A stretch of 42,514 bases of DNA from Octopus sinensis (GCF_006345805.1 NW_021835800.1:1-42514), one strand, 5' to 3'. Positions 23,580 through 36,515 are shown, numbered from the stretch's first letter. Numbers and translations: made by a program. Notes: generated by a model from the sequence alone, not told the origin.

Positions 23580-24262
23580 CAGTCAAGCAATTACCATAGT
23601 GTAGCTAACTGTAGAGTATGTCCAAGCCATTTATGTAGAATTATACAGATTCCATGTTCGATGAAAGATTCCAATGGTTCGATGGAAGATTTCTACGCAC
23701 CAGATGGATCTTCTGAAGAGGCTCGTTATTCAAGACTTTCAGAGTCTCCACCTTTTACCTGTCCGGTGTATCACCAGTGATACACAGGAAATATTTCCCC
23801 CGGGGTCCGTGCATTAGGTATGATATACATTCCCACTGCTTTATCAACCATCAGAGTAACCTGGGATTTACGAAAGGGAAGCATTATATTACTCAGAACT
23901 TCAGAAACGAGGATTAACTAAAACTTTGAAAACAAGCATCAAATTCTTTGGACAAGCAAAGGATTAGTATATCCAATGTATTTGGCCCATGTCTTTCACT
24001 CATACAAAAAGCTGAAAGCAAAAAGAACGTACATTCCGCAAATTTCTTTTAGACTGTAAGAATTCTTCATGTATAAGACTCGCGCTTCATAAAATGTTTA
24101 ATTTATAAACTTTTGGTTATGCTATGTTGAATATTTCCGTAAAGAATGAAATCGTGCTGTACACGATAACCTTCGACTAGTAAATTTCTTTTATCAACTC
24201 GTGGCGTACTCTGTCCGATTGCTATGCCTGAAGAGGAAATAACCACTCCGAAATGCTTGAAT
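23580..24262 (+). pseudogene. Highly decayed Penelope-like RT C-terminal relic followed by a degenerate hammerhead-type tail
   Basis: Manual frame stitching gives FQSLH (NSxHP-like) and GFTKGEALxLLRT (23864-23900, two frameshifts), as in PLE RT thumb regions; CTGAAGA-GGA..TCC-GAAA at about 24228-24254. Confidence 0.45.
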
Positions 24263-25810
24263 CTCACAGTTTGGGTAAGTGGCGCTGCGAGCTGATTCAG
24301 GTGTTTTTACACAATTCGTCTACAGCGAGAAATTTTCTCGATAGCTTAACACAGCTAATGGCTTTCTTATGGGTTCGAATCTGCCCCAAGCTTATTTGAA
24401 CTGGTAACAAGTTTATATTTCAATGTATGGGTTCTATGCTTCTTCGTCCTTAATTAGTTTCAATTTGAAATTTCTAGTCCCATCAAATGTTGTGAAGAAA
24501 GTATTATCTCCCTTGTACTAACTGTCCACTAGAGGACATCATGCGTTTAGAAAATATAAACTTAAAGGGCTTCAACCATAGTATGGAGGTTAATGTAGTT
24601 CTTTTGGAAGACTCGCGATGTCATACTTTCAAAAGGTATGGAGGCTCGTCTGGGTCATTTTGGAATCTCCCCCTCCGAGATGCTTTCGTTGGAAGTTTGG
24701 CGCTTTAATATTTGCATTGTGAAGTGGTCATTTGCAACCATAGAAAGACAGAATGAACTAAACAGAACAGGATGAGACACGTGGGAATGAGAGCTGCTGA
24801 AGAGGTCACAGAATGTGTGACGAAAGATTTCCACATATAGGACATAAAATAAGAACGATAATAAATCTGAAGGGAAGGACGAATATACTGTGCGTGTATT
24901 TATTTGGCAAAAGGAAGAAAAAAATGATGACCGTCCCGAAATATAACAATATCTGTTTCAACATACGATTTCATATCAGGAATTTTCGTCAAAGAAATAC
25001 AGGAGTGTAACAAAGTAATAATCACTATAGGTGTAATGACCCTTCTACGATACAACAATATCTGTTGCAACACACGGATCCACACCAAGAATCTTGCAAA
25101 CCAAATACAAAAAAAACGAAGTAATATAAAACTACGCTCCACCGGAAGTGGCAGATCAATGCTTATGGTGAGGCCCTCGGAAAAAAGAAACCATTTATAT
25201 CTTAAACATAAAGACCATCGCATTGAATTTCAACAGACTGAAATGATAACCATTTATGATTATACAATACGAATGGAGTCATAAGTACAATCAACCTTTT
25301 CTGTGTATTTTTTTCGGCCCATTTCATTCCATTAGTAAGTCCCTTGATAATTATTCTTGTTCCAACAGTTATAGACCACTGTTATTGTTGTTGTTGCTGT
25401 TTTAGTCGATGAGGTTGTTGTTGTTATGATTCTTGCTATTTTTTTTATAGGTGTGTTAAATAATATATACATTGTGTGTCGTTTATTTAAAAATTTCGAG
25501 TTTTGTTCTGCTTCACTAAATTTATTAACACAGGCCTGATCTCCTTCGACTAAATTGCCAAAACAATCCGACTATTAAATAAAAATTGGTTCCAGGCCTG
25601 TAAATCGCCTGGCTTGTTTAATGAATTCAACGCCGCTTACTCTCCAACTGTCTCTCCCTTTGTCTCTTTGTGTAAGAGTGTCGATCTGTGTGCATGTGTA
25701 CATAAGTATGTGCACATACATACATACGACACACACACACACACACACATATATATATGTATATATATATGTATATATGTATACGTATATATATATATAT
25801 ATATATAATG

Positions 25811-25849
<39 letters not shown>

Positions 25850-26003
25850 ATATATATATATACTCATTAAGCCTACATGTGTCTATTTGCCTTTCTTCAC
25901 TTATATATGTACTTATGTATAATACTTAATATATACACCTACCATACACGCACACACATACACACACATATATATTAGATACATGCATATATATAGATAT
26001 GTG

Positions 26004-26034
<31 letters not shown>

Positions 26035-26112
26035 GTCTGTGTGTGTGTGTATGTATGTATATATTATACATACATACATACATACATATATATTATGTAT
26101 ATATATATATAT

Positions 26113-26156
<44 letters not shown>

Positions 26157-26555
26157 ACATGTACGAGTTGTGAGTAACTCTGTGTGCGTGCGTGTGGTGT
26201 GTGTGTGTGTGTGTGTGAAGACTGTATCATTAACATTAATTTGTTGGCATGTTTTCTGGGTGTTAACCAGCTGATTATGTCGGTCTTTCTTCTTCCGCTT
26301 TATCCAGTCGCCAGCAAAAACACTTTGACACAATACGATGCAAAACAGCCGTTGCTAAGCCAATTCGCCGCCCCAACCATGCAGTGGACGCCATTTTACC
26401 CGACACCTACGCCATCTTTGTCCTGGATGGCGTTGATTGAATTTAACAACGACACGAGTTATTTCCTTCCCCCACCGTTTCATACATAATTCTAATCTCC
26501 TCCATATCTAATCGATGTACCTTGTATCATTTCTTGTTTCAGACATAAGAATGCG

Positions 26556-26592
<37 letters not shown>

Positions 26593-26602
26593 TATATATA
26601 AG

Positions 26603-26649
26603 TGAAAGAATGGAGTCGAACGAAGATGTCGTTCGACTCCATTCTTTCA
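26603..26649. repeat. Perfect 21-bp hairpin with 5-nt loop
   Basis: tgaaagaatggagtcgaacga-agatg-tcgttcgactccattctttca. Confidence 0.95.
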
Positions 26650-26809
26650 TTATTCATATACAACGCACAATTCTGCACCTGAACCCCGGAGTTTCTACCC
26701 TTGACAGGTCGCTTCAACCGTGTTTCTGGCGTGAATTTGCTACCCAGGTTTCGCTTAAACGAATTTTCCATGCTGACGATAAACATAGGATAATTCAGTC
26801 ACCTATTTA

Positions 26810-26848
<39 letters not shown>

Positions 26849-26849
<1 letters not shown>

Positions 26850-26960
26850 GTCAGGTTTCTTTCAGTTTTAGCCTGGGAATATAGTAGAAAACACTTGTCG
26901 AAGTGCCCCGCATTGGAACTGTAGTCGGGTAAGCAATCTTCTTACCGTACAGCCACTCCA
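26849..26960 (-). mobile_element. SINE family A, 5' half, degenerate
   Basis: tttctttcagttt...tatagtagaaaacacttg...ttcttacc..cagccactcc. Confidence 0.75.
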
Positions 26961-28229
26961 GTAACGCTTCCATCGGGGAATCAATTTTAGTGTAACGCAA
27001 TAAAGCATGTTGCTCAGAGAAAGATAGTCGTGTCTTAATATATTTACAGATACTGTATTAGTCGAAAACTTGAAGCAAGCACTAGACTGATTAAAACACA
27101 TGGCATACGAAAATTGTTTTCAGCGGCTGTGTCACTAAGGGTTATAGCAGTCTCGACACTTCAGTCAGACCTGCTTGACATAGAATCACGAGCGTCCATC
27201 GGATAAAGTTTTAAGGCAAGAAATACAGTAGAGACGAGCAACAAAAAGAAAACGTATGGGGTTAAGTTTTAGGAAATGGAACGGAGAAAACATAAGAGCA
27301 GAAGGTTATCTGCCCAAGACTAGAAATTAGAGCCAGGATCTCAAAGCGTGTTTGCCTAAACGTTAGACGATTGCGATGAAAATAAAACAAAAGGAAAGTG
27401 TTGCATGTGTGTGTGTGTCCTTGTGTGGTGGGGAGGATGGGCGGTGGAGTGGTGTGAGTGACCTTGAGTTAAACAACAACGACGGCAGAAATCATTTTAA
27501 ACTGTTTTCCTATTTGAACAGATTCACATATAAACATTTAAATCGTTTTCGTGTTGTGTGTTTGCTCTTATGTAACATAAGCGAAAATCTCAAGAGAGAA
27601 AGGCCTTTGCACAAACACTTTCACCAACACTTTCGTAACTGCTAATATAACCCAAAGTGGTTTTAAGACGCGACACGTGTTTATAGAACAAACACAAATG
27701 TAAAGTTGATGCGGGCTGCAAGTCAAGGCAATAAAAGCATGGTGGTCACTAGTGACATGCATATATTCATGTACATACATATACACCCTTCCAAAGTTAG
27801 AGAAGTAAATATATATGCACGCGTGTATGTGTGTCTGTGTGGAGAAGTCAATATATATGTATGTGAGTGTATATCTGTGTGTGTATGTGTGTGTTTCTGT
27901 GTGTGTCTCTATCTCTCTGTCTGTCTGTGTCTGTGAGCACACTTTATATGCAACAGAAGCAATATTAGATTAAAATAGCCATCTATGTATTATACTTAAT
28001 GCTAAAACCAGTAATATTGCCGATCACAATGTCTTAACATTAAGTATAACACGAATGACCAAGGTACCAAGGCATGAAACTCTCGGACCTTGGGTCACTC
28101 TCTTAGTGCTGCTAAATATTGATAAAAAATATACATATACTCATAATTTGATTTCCCTTTTTTTCCTGCTTGCATCAACACACACACACTCACATATACA
28201 CACACATATACATATATATAATATATATG

Positions 28230-28301
<72 letters not shown>

Positions 28302-28346
28302 TTGTATATATATATTATATATTATATATATATTTCTGTTATTCTG

Positions 28347-28524
28347 TTACTTGTTTCAGTAACCCTTAAAGGGTTTTAGTCGAAGAAATCGACCCCCAGC
28401 AAGTATTCTTTGTAAGCCTAGTACTTATTTTATCGAACACTTTTGCCGAACCGCTAGGTTACGGGGACGTAAACACACCAGCATCGGTTGTCAAGCGATG
28501 GTGTGGGGACAAACACGGACACAA
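28347..28524 (-). mobile_element. SINE family A, 3' half
   Basis: ttacttgtttcagt...ctttgtaagcctagtact...gccgaaccgctaggttacggggacgtaaacacaccagcatcggttgtcaagcgat. Confidence 0.9.
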
Positions 28525-28802
28525 AGCCACTCATAAATATACACACACACACACACGAAAGACAGAAGATGAAATATAATTATAAAATTAATAATTCTTT
28601 ACCCTATATCTGTAATGATTGTTTCACTCCCTGATAGCAAACTGCAGTTTTTTCTGCGGAACTATCTTGTGACGCACATGGTAATCTTGGAGGGAAAATA
28701 TAAGTTTGGAAATGTTGACTACCTTGAGTTATGTTTCGATGTCATTTGGTCGAAGATGCAAAGGCTAGGTTTTAGCATTTTCAAATTTATAATTTTCGAA
28801 AT

Positions 28803-28860
28803 ATTATGCCGATGAACGAAATAAATTTTTATAATTCTAATCCCGAAACGCGTCCATAAT
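28803..28860 (+). ncRNA. Hammerhead-like motif (U4C variant)
   Basis: ATTATG-CCGATGA-...-GAAA-CGCG-TC-CATAAT; perfect 6-bp stem I, ACGCGT palindrome, GUC triplet; stem II poorly paired. Confidence 0.62.
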
Positions 28861-29265
28861 TAATCGTAAACTGTTTGATTTCGTTATTTTTCTTCTTTTT
28901 GCCTATGTGACTTACAAATATTGTTGTCCGTGGAGTCATATTTGTAGTTAAAAGAATTAGCTGTCTTCGGCTACTATTTCTAAATTTTCGGTATCTGGTG
29001 AAGCAACATGTTGCTAAACCCTTAATTATATTTATAATTATATATATATATATCCAAATAAGCAACAAGGATATCCAAGGTAGTGTAGTACAATTGTTTC
29101 ATGCTACTTCATTTTATTAAACACTGTACGTATTACATCAGTTTTAAAATGTCACCCCATTTGATTTATATGGATAATACTATACAAAATTCCGGTGCCT
29201 TTAACTTAAGTACCATATTCATCTGAATCTATATATATACATACATACATACATACATACATACA

Positions 29266-29311
<46 letters not shown>

Positions 29312-30216
29312 CATAAGCACATTCAAAATAGTTGTGCTCGTGCAAATATGATACATAATAGTTCATTGATGGTGGTATGGTAGTTAAGAAGATGTAGATA
29401 TTATATACAGAAATAGAAAGATAGATAAAAACGAGTGAGTGGGGAAGAATGGTAGAGATAATGTGTGAAGGAGTTGGTAGCTATATATATCAAGTAGTTG
29501 AGTATATGTTTGTTAACAGTACTGAAGATTATTAAAATATATTATATCAAATTCCAACTAAAATTGTTACGACATCAATATTTGCGTAAATACACGATCA
29601 ATACTCATTACGCAAACAGAAGCAGAACCTACCAATTATTAGATATTATATATAGAAAATTTATATCATAAGTACACTAAAGTTGTTATTACTTTAAGAT
29701 AATATGTTATATCTTAAGATTATTTTAATAGGTTACTATAGGAATTTTAAATATTTCAGAGAAGTATGTTTAATCGAATTTGCTGTAAAATAGTTATACG
29801 TTGCTACTTATATTAGATTTAACTTATATTTACAATATCTAATTAATATGTTATACTTCTTTAGAATATTATACCCGAAAAACTGCTTATACCAGAAATA
29901 TTGATCTATTTAAATATATAAATATCCATATTATCAATGATTGCTATAAACCTAATGATATTTCCTGAATATCCGTTTTGATGCATGCACACAAGAGATT
30001 CCCACTTCAGTCTTAGCATTTAAGAGACGTCTTCTAGAAAATAATATGAAATACAGCTCTTCTAGGCAGAGATATTTTTGTATATATAATTAACAAAATT
30101 TTAGGATCGCACAAAATTATCAAAAGCAAAATGCGACCGAAATCATTGAAAAAAAATATTAACCAACGCAAGACTATATCCATTAACAACGGAACCAAAA
30201 GAGAAAAGATGGGCAT

Positions 30217-30279
30217 ATGGCGTATTTGTTAAGAGCGCGGGCTACTAACCCCAAGATTCCGATGATGATGGTGATGATG

Positions 30280-30330
<51 letters not shown>

Positions 30331-30402
30331 TAATAATAATAATAATAATAATAATAACATAGAAAAATACCTTAGAAATGAGAACCCAGGTTCGAAATTT
30401 CC
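30217..30402 (+). mobile_element. tRNA-derived SINE family F fragment with an internal (GAT)/(AAT)n expansion
   Basis: A-box-like tggcgtatttgttaagagcgcgggctactaacc; (AAT)n; gaaaaataccttagaaatgagaacccaggttcgaaatttcc. Confidence 0.7.
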
Positions 30403-31265
30403 TCCATTTCGCCATTAGAAATTTGTCCATATACTTGCCTTTGCGGAAAATTTCTTACCTGGAATTCAGTAACGCTTTGGAATTCTTAGATTTAAAAATG
30501 ATATGCGATTTTTCAGCTACACATAAGTTACATTTCTTATATCCATTAACATATGGCATGAACTTTTCTATGATCTTTCCACGTGATTGTATTTGGCGTG
30601 GAGTTGCTCTTCAAACCTCGTACATGGCTAGTCAACTTTGTGGCTTTACTTTTGTTGATGTACCTGGAAGACGATAGGTGATTTGCATAGCGTTTTTCGA
30701 ACTCACCTTCGCATAACCCAATATAATATTTCTTTTTGGTTAGGTCATCATGTGGCGCTGTGGTCACATCTGCCTCAGATACAACAGATTTTATCATGCA
30801 CGTCTGATCAAGTGGGCAAGCTCCAGGTTCTCGACAGTTACAAATGAGATTGAGCTCTTGGTTATATTTATGGGTGATGATGTTCTTAATTTTGAGACTG
30901 CAGTTATACAATAATGTATTATAATTGAATGTCTGTTGAAGACCTTGTATTTGGGATATTCTGGGAAATATTTATCTAACAGAAACAGGAATTTCTCGCC
31001 TACGTTAGTTTTAACATTTAGGAAGAAAGGGGGTGGAGAACCAAATTATTTTCCTAGGGTCTATTTTTAGGTCTATTTTTATGATTCATGTTTTTACAAG
31101 AAGGGTTGTAATATATCTTATCTTTGAAGCCATTGTTCGCTAGGGCATTGCTATAGGATGGGTCTGCCTTATCAAAAAATTTCTTAAGAAGAAGAATGAT
31201 TTGATATTCTATCACTTATGTTAGCTATCACCCTGGACCATAAATTAGTAGGAGGAAGCATTCTA
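30403..31265 (-). mobile_element. Penelope-like element (Neptune-type) relic: RT-EN linker and GIY-YIG endonuclease
   Basis: RKIIWFSTPF..NVKTNVGEKFLFLLDKYFP; CNCREPGACPLDQTC; VV.EA.V...KKYYIGLCEGEFEKRYANH; CNLCVAEKSHII...LLNSR; several stops and frameshifts. Confidence 0.92.
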
Positions 31266-31541
31266 AAGCCTTATTATCAAAAGTAACTCCAACGCAATAA
31301 AGCAGGGACTTCAAAAGAGATATACCATAAAACGAACAACTATTTGAAATGTTACACATGCATACATGCATACATACATACATACATGCATGCATATATA
31401 CATGCACGCAAGCATGCAAACATTCATGCATGCAAGCATGCATACAAACATGCATACATGCATAAATACATATATGCATGCATACATTATTGCATGCAAG
31501 CTACATACAAACATATATACATAACTTTTATCCTTTGTTTT

Positions 31542-31660
31542 TTCTTGTTTTAGTCTTTGGACTACAGCCATGTTAGGGCACCGTCTTGAAGAATTCAGCC
31601 GAGCAAATAAATTCCAATACTTATTCTCATGTCCTCTGTTTGCCGAACCGCTAAGTTACA
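31542..31660 (-). mobile_element. SINE family A, 3' fragment
   Basis: ttcttgttttagtc..cagccatgttagggcaccgtc...tttgccgaaccgctaagttac. Confidence 0.75.
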
Positions 31661-31798
31661 AGTACGACGCACACACACATACGCACAGTTTCTCTTACAT
31701 ACATGTGCACCACCATACTCACCGGCTCAATCACACGCACACATTTATATCACATCCTTGCAGGATCTTTCTTTATTCCACACACACAGACACACACA

Positions 31799-31841
<43 letters not shown>

Positions 31842-32438
31842 AAATATCTGCAAACGCATATAGGAATAATTATACACATAGAGAGACTTCCAGTCTTTCT
31901 CACGCGCACACAGCTACATCCACACAGATATAGACTCACTTAGACATGTTTGTTTAGAGTTAATACCCGGCATTAAGATTTTTATTATGTAGGCCACAAA
32001 GTTAATAGTACAAAATCTAGTTTTCACAGTGGTTCTCTTTGTTAAACAGCTTATGATATTTTGCAGTTTACTGATAAATGAAAAGGCAGACACTTAACTA
32101 AGAAGTGTCTAGTGATATAAAAATCGATATTTAGATTAAAGTCTTAATTAATATTCTTTTATCTACTTTTTCTTTTACGCTTATGGAAATTGGTAGCAGC
32201 GTTTATGTGTGTAGCCATTTTGTTTTTTTTTTTTTTCATGAAACCGTTATTGCGTAATACTGCATTATAGCAAACTGCAACACTATTGAAGGAAGGTCTC
32301 GTCCGGAAATAGAGACGATATACATGTATTAATCTTTAGCCTAGACTTTCGGAAATGAAATACGAGTCGAGTCACCTGTCGTATGTCATATTTTCATGCT
32401 TCGCCACCCCCAACCCCGTTTTTTTTTTTCCTTTCTGC

Positions 32439-32890
32439 TTTTACTTGTCTCAGTCAATACACCGAAGCCATGCTGGAGCACTGATTTTAATGGTTTTGTC
32501 AAACAATTTGATACCAGTGCTTGTTTTCATTTTACGTCTGTTATGTATTCTTGGAGTTCCCTTTTGCCAATCCGCTAAGTCACGGGGATGTAAACACACT
32601 AACATAGGTCATCAGGCGATGATGGTGAGACTAACACGGATACAGAAATACACACATATACATACGAACGCGCATGTACACACATACATATATATAAATA
32701 TAATTATATAGATATATAATATATATATATATAATATATATACGACAGGCTTCTTTCAGTTTCCGTCTACCAAATCCACTTACAAGGCTTTGGTCGGGCC
32801 GACACTTGCTCGAGGTGCTACCCAGTGGGACTGAACCCGGCACCATATGGTTGGGAAGCAAGCTTCTTACCACACAGTCACTCCTGCGCC
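32439..32890 (-). mobile_element. SINE family A, full length with central (TA)n
   Basis: Head ggcgcaggagtgactgtgtggtaag at 32890, B-box-like gggttcagtccc, tail gtgctccagcatggc...gagacaagtaaa. Confidence 0.92.
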
Positions 32891-32934
32891 TATATATATT
32901 TACAGAGAGAAATTTTGGTAAATAAGAAAAATAG

Positions 32935-33150
<216 letters not shown>

Positions 33151-33642
33151 GTGTATATGTTGGTCAGTTTGTAGGTCGGCAGGCAGGAAGGCTTGTAGGT
33201 AAACGGATGAATTAACGGGAAAATGGACAGAGAGAGACAGATAGATAAATATTAACAGCTGACCGAAACTTTGGACACTTAATCTCAAGGGCAACATAGA
33301 GAAATAGATTGAAGAATCGATGAGAATGGTTTGACACCAGCATTGTTGGTAAACAGTGTTTTGGCCAGGGAAGATAAATATACATTATACACCCGCGTCT
33401 CTATGCATAACTCACAGTCGCACACACACACATAAACACACACACACATACACACAAACACATACATATTCATACATACTCAGCCAACTACAGACATCCA
33501 CAAAGTTTTTCTGGCGTAAAGATGCAACCGTTCGTTCCATGCTCGCAAACTCGGTCGCACATTCACATTTTTATACCGACTATCACTTAGTTTTACCCAC
33601 AAAATCTTTCGCTCTCCCTCACATGCACACATATACACACAG

Positions 33643-33675
<33 letters not shown>

Positions 33676-33870
33676 TGTTCACATATGCACATACACTTAC
33701 GCACACACGGAGTATCTCTTACATACAGACGCATCCATTCACACATTCAGTCAACTCTCACACTTGTATACAGATTGCCACATCTTCAGAGATTGTTTCA
33801 GTTTCACACACGCACACGTAGACACAGGTACACACCATACACACACACATACATGTATACACAGACACAT

Positions 33871-34172
33871 GTGGAGGCACATGGCCGAGTGCTTAGAGCA
33901 GCGGACTCGCGGTGGAGGGATCGTAGTTTCGAATCTCAGACCGGGTGATGTGTGTGTTTATGAGCGAAACACCTAAGCTCCACGCGGCTCCGGCAGAAGG
34001 TAATGGCGAACTTCTGCTGACTCTTTCCCCACAACTTTCTCTCACTCTTTCCTCCTGCATCTTGCAGCTCACCTGCGACGGACCGGCGTCCCGTCCAGGT
34101 GGGGAACCTATACGCCAAGGAAACCGGGAAACCGGCCCTTATGAGCCAGGCGTAGCTCGAGAAGGAACAAAC
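33871..34172 (+). mobile_element. tRNA-derived SINE (D/E-type), well preserved
   Basis: A box tggccgagtgcttag, B box gtttcgaatctc, tail ggcgtcccgtccaggtggggaacctatacgcc..ggaaaccgggaaaccggcccttatgagcc. Confidence 0.9.
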
Positions 34173-34412
34173 ATACACAGACACACTTACACACACAGAC
34201 ACACTTACACACACAGACACACTTACACACACAGACACACTTACACACACAGACACACTTACACACACACTTACACACAGAGACACACTTACACACACAC
34301 ACACACTTACACACACACACTTACACACACACACACACTTACACACACAGACACACTTACACACACAGACACACACACACACACACAGACACTTACACAC
34401 ACAGACACACAC
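34172..34412. repeat. 18-bp minisatellite (gacacacttacacacaca) grading into (CA)n
   Basis: At least four exact consecutive units from about 34180. Confidence 0.92.
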
Positions 34413-34753
34413 GCACATTCCCTCACACGTGCAACTACACGAATACTTATCTCCGCTTAAACGTGGATGTTTTGTTAGAAGAAACTATACCGCAGTAGAT
34501 ATCACGGGAGAAACTCTCACATAGGCTTCTGGTGCAAAATACAGTCTTATTTATGTCCCTATTGAGAACATAAATCCCTGATATCCCTAGCGCCGTGACC
34601 ACCAGGTCATGTGATTCTAACCTTCCTTGGTCTCAACAATTATGGATGCTCGTCCGCTAGAGACAGAAGTAACTCTTCTTCATGCCAGCGATATATAAAA
34701 AGAAGTAGTTGCTAAAAAGCATTCGTGAAGTAAAATCATGTAGCAACACCAAA

Positions 34754-34826
34754 TGGCGGTGCCCCAGCATGGCCACAGCTCGTGAGCTGAAACTAGATAA
34801 AATGAAAATAAAATAAAAAATAAAAT
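34754..34826 (+). mobile_element. Retroelement 3' tail with A-rich end
   Basis: ggcggtgccccagcatggccacagctcgtgagctgaaactagataaaatgaaaataaaa. Confidence 0.8.
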
Positions 34827-34938
34827 AGTGACAGAACAGCCGCTAGTGTCACGATTAGTCAGTGAGCTTGTTAAATATATACATATGTATTAGCGACAGA
34901 GCTAGTATCAATACTGAGAGGTAATATTTATCCCGATG

Positions 34939-35086
34939 GACGACGTAGTGGTCGAGTGGTTAAGAAGGTTGCTTCTCAATCATAAAGTCCTGAGTTCGAT
35001 CTTACACCATGGCATCCTTGAACGTTTTTTAAACGGCGGTGCATCAGCATGGCCGCAGCTCTGACCTGAAACTAGAGAGAAAAAAG
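34939..35086 (+). mobile_element. Internally deleted SINE (tRNA-like head joined directly to tail)
   Basis: tggtcgagtggttaag A box, gagttcgatc B box, then ggcggtgcatcagcatggccgcagctc..gaaactag. Confidence 0.75.
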
Positions 35087-35224
35087 AACTTCAAACATGA
35101 ATGTTCCATTAGAACAAACTATACTGTGGTAGATACCATGAGAGAACCTCTCATATTGACTTCTTTGGTGCAAAATGCTTTCTTGTTTATATCACTACTA
35201 TATATATTTTTTTAAAAGATACTT

Positions 35225-35259
<35 letters not shown>

Positions 35260-35626
35260 TGATTGCACGCATTAGATACTCACACATTTCCTCACACACA
35301 GAAGTATCCACATACACATATTCCCGCATAGTCACACACATACTAGAATAGGTTCTCACACATATAGATACATACACATACTCACAGACTCTGTTATGCA
35401 CAACTATGAAGGCTTTTCCCATACTCAGTCACATCCAGACTCGGACAGACAGAATCACACACATTCACAAACGCCTATACATTCTCACATACTCCCTCTA
35501 GCACACATACTCGTATGATCAGATACACGAACATACACATACTACGTCAATACACATACACTTAATGCTCTCCCTCACTCTTCTCCCCCTCCCCCTCTCT
35601 TTCTCTTCTCACCTCTCTATCTCTCA

Positions 35627-35662
<36 letters not shown>

Positions 35663-35670
35663 ATATATAT

Positions 35671-35702
35671 ATTTGGTAGACGGAAACCGAACGAAGCCCG
35701 TC

Positions 35703-35737
<35 letters not shown>

Positions 35738-35946
35738 TGTATGTTTGTGTGTCTGTGTTTGTCCCTCTAGCATTGCTTGACAACCGATGCTGGTGTGCTT
35801 ATGTCCCCGTCACTTAGCGGTTCGGCAATAGAGACCGATAGAAAAAGTACTGAGCTTACAAAGAATAAGTCCTGGAGTCAATTTGCTCAACTAAAGGCGG
35901 TGCTCCAGCATGGCCGCAGTCAAATTACTGAAACAAGTAAAAGAGT
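35671..35946 (+). mobile_element. SINE family A, 5'-truncated
   Basis: atttggtagacggaaac...(TA)n...gacaaccgatgctggtgtg...aaggcggtgctccagcatggccgcagtcaaattactgaaacaagtaaaagag. Confidence 0.93.
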
Positions 35947-36076
35947 ATATATGTCGCAGTCAGTGCATATCAGATGGTGAAAGGTGTCCTGTTTCATTTG
36001 TTGTTTACTGTGTGAGTCCATTTTAAAGTTCCTCAGTTGAAGCTAAGATATGTAACAACTGGCCGATACAAGTTGA

Positions 36077-36079
<3 letters not shown>

Positions 36080-36136
<57 letters not shown>

Positions 36137-36515
36137 ACACACACACACACATACATACATACATACATATATATATATACATACATATATATACACATAT
36201 ATATATACATATATATACACACATATATATACATATATATATAAATTATATATGCATAATATATATCTATACATATATACACATACGCATATATATACAT
36301 ATAGACATATACATGCATACTTATATATATATATACATATATATACATACATATATATGTGTGTGTGTGTGTGTATATACATACATATATATTATATATA
36401 TATATATATCGATAAATAGATAGAGGTGCTAGATAGATAGCATTTATTTGTCTAAGTGTGTATGTATATATGTAAATATACACGCACGTGTACGTGTGTG
36501 TGGGTGTGTGGGTGT

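Noticed and set aside
24340-24390. tRNA-like A/B box pair (tagcttaa, ggttcgaatc), and SINE heads elsewhere, as tRNA genes
   Set aside because: No cloverleaf; the heads are continuous with SINE bodies or decayed.
24924-24930. ATGATGA as a snoRNA C box
   Set aside because: No D box at a suitable distance and no terminal stem.
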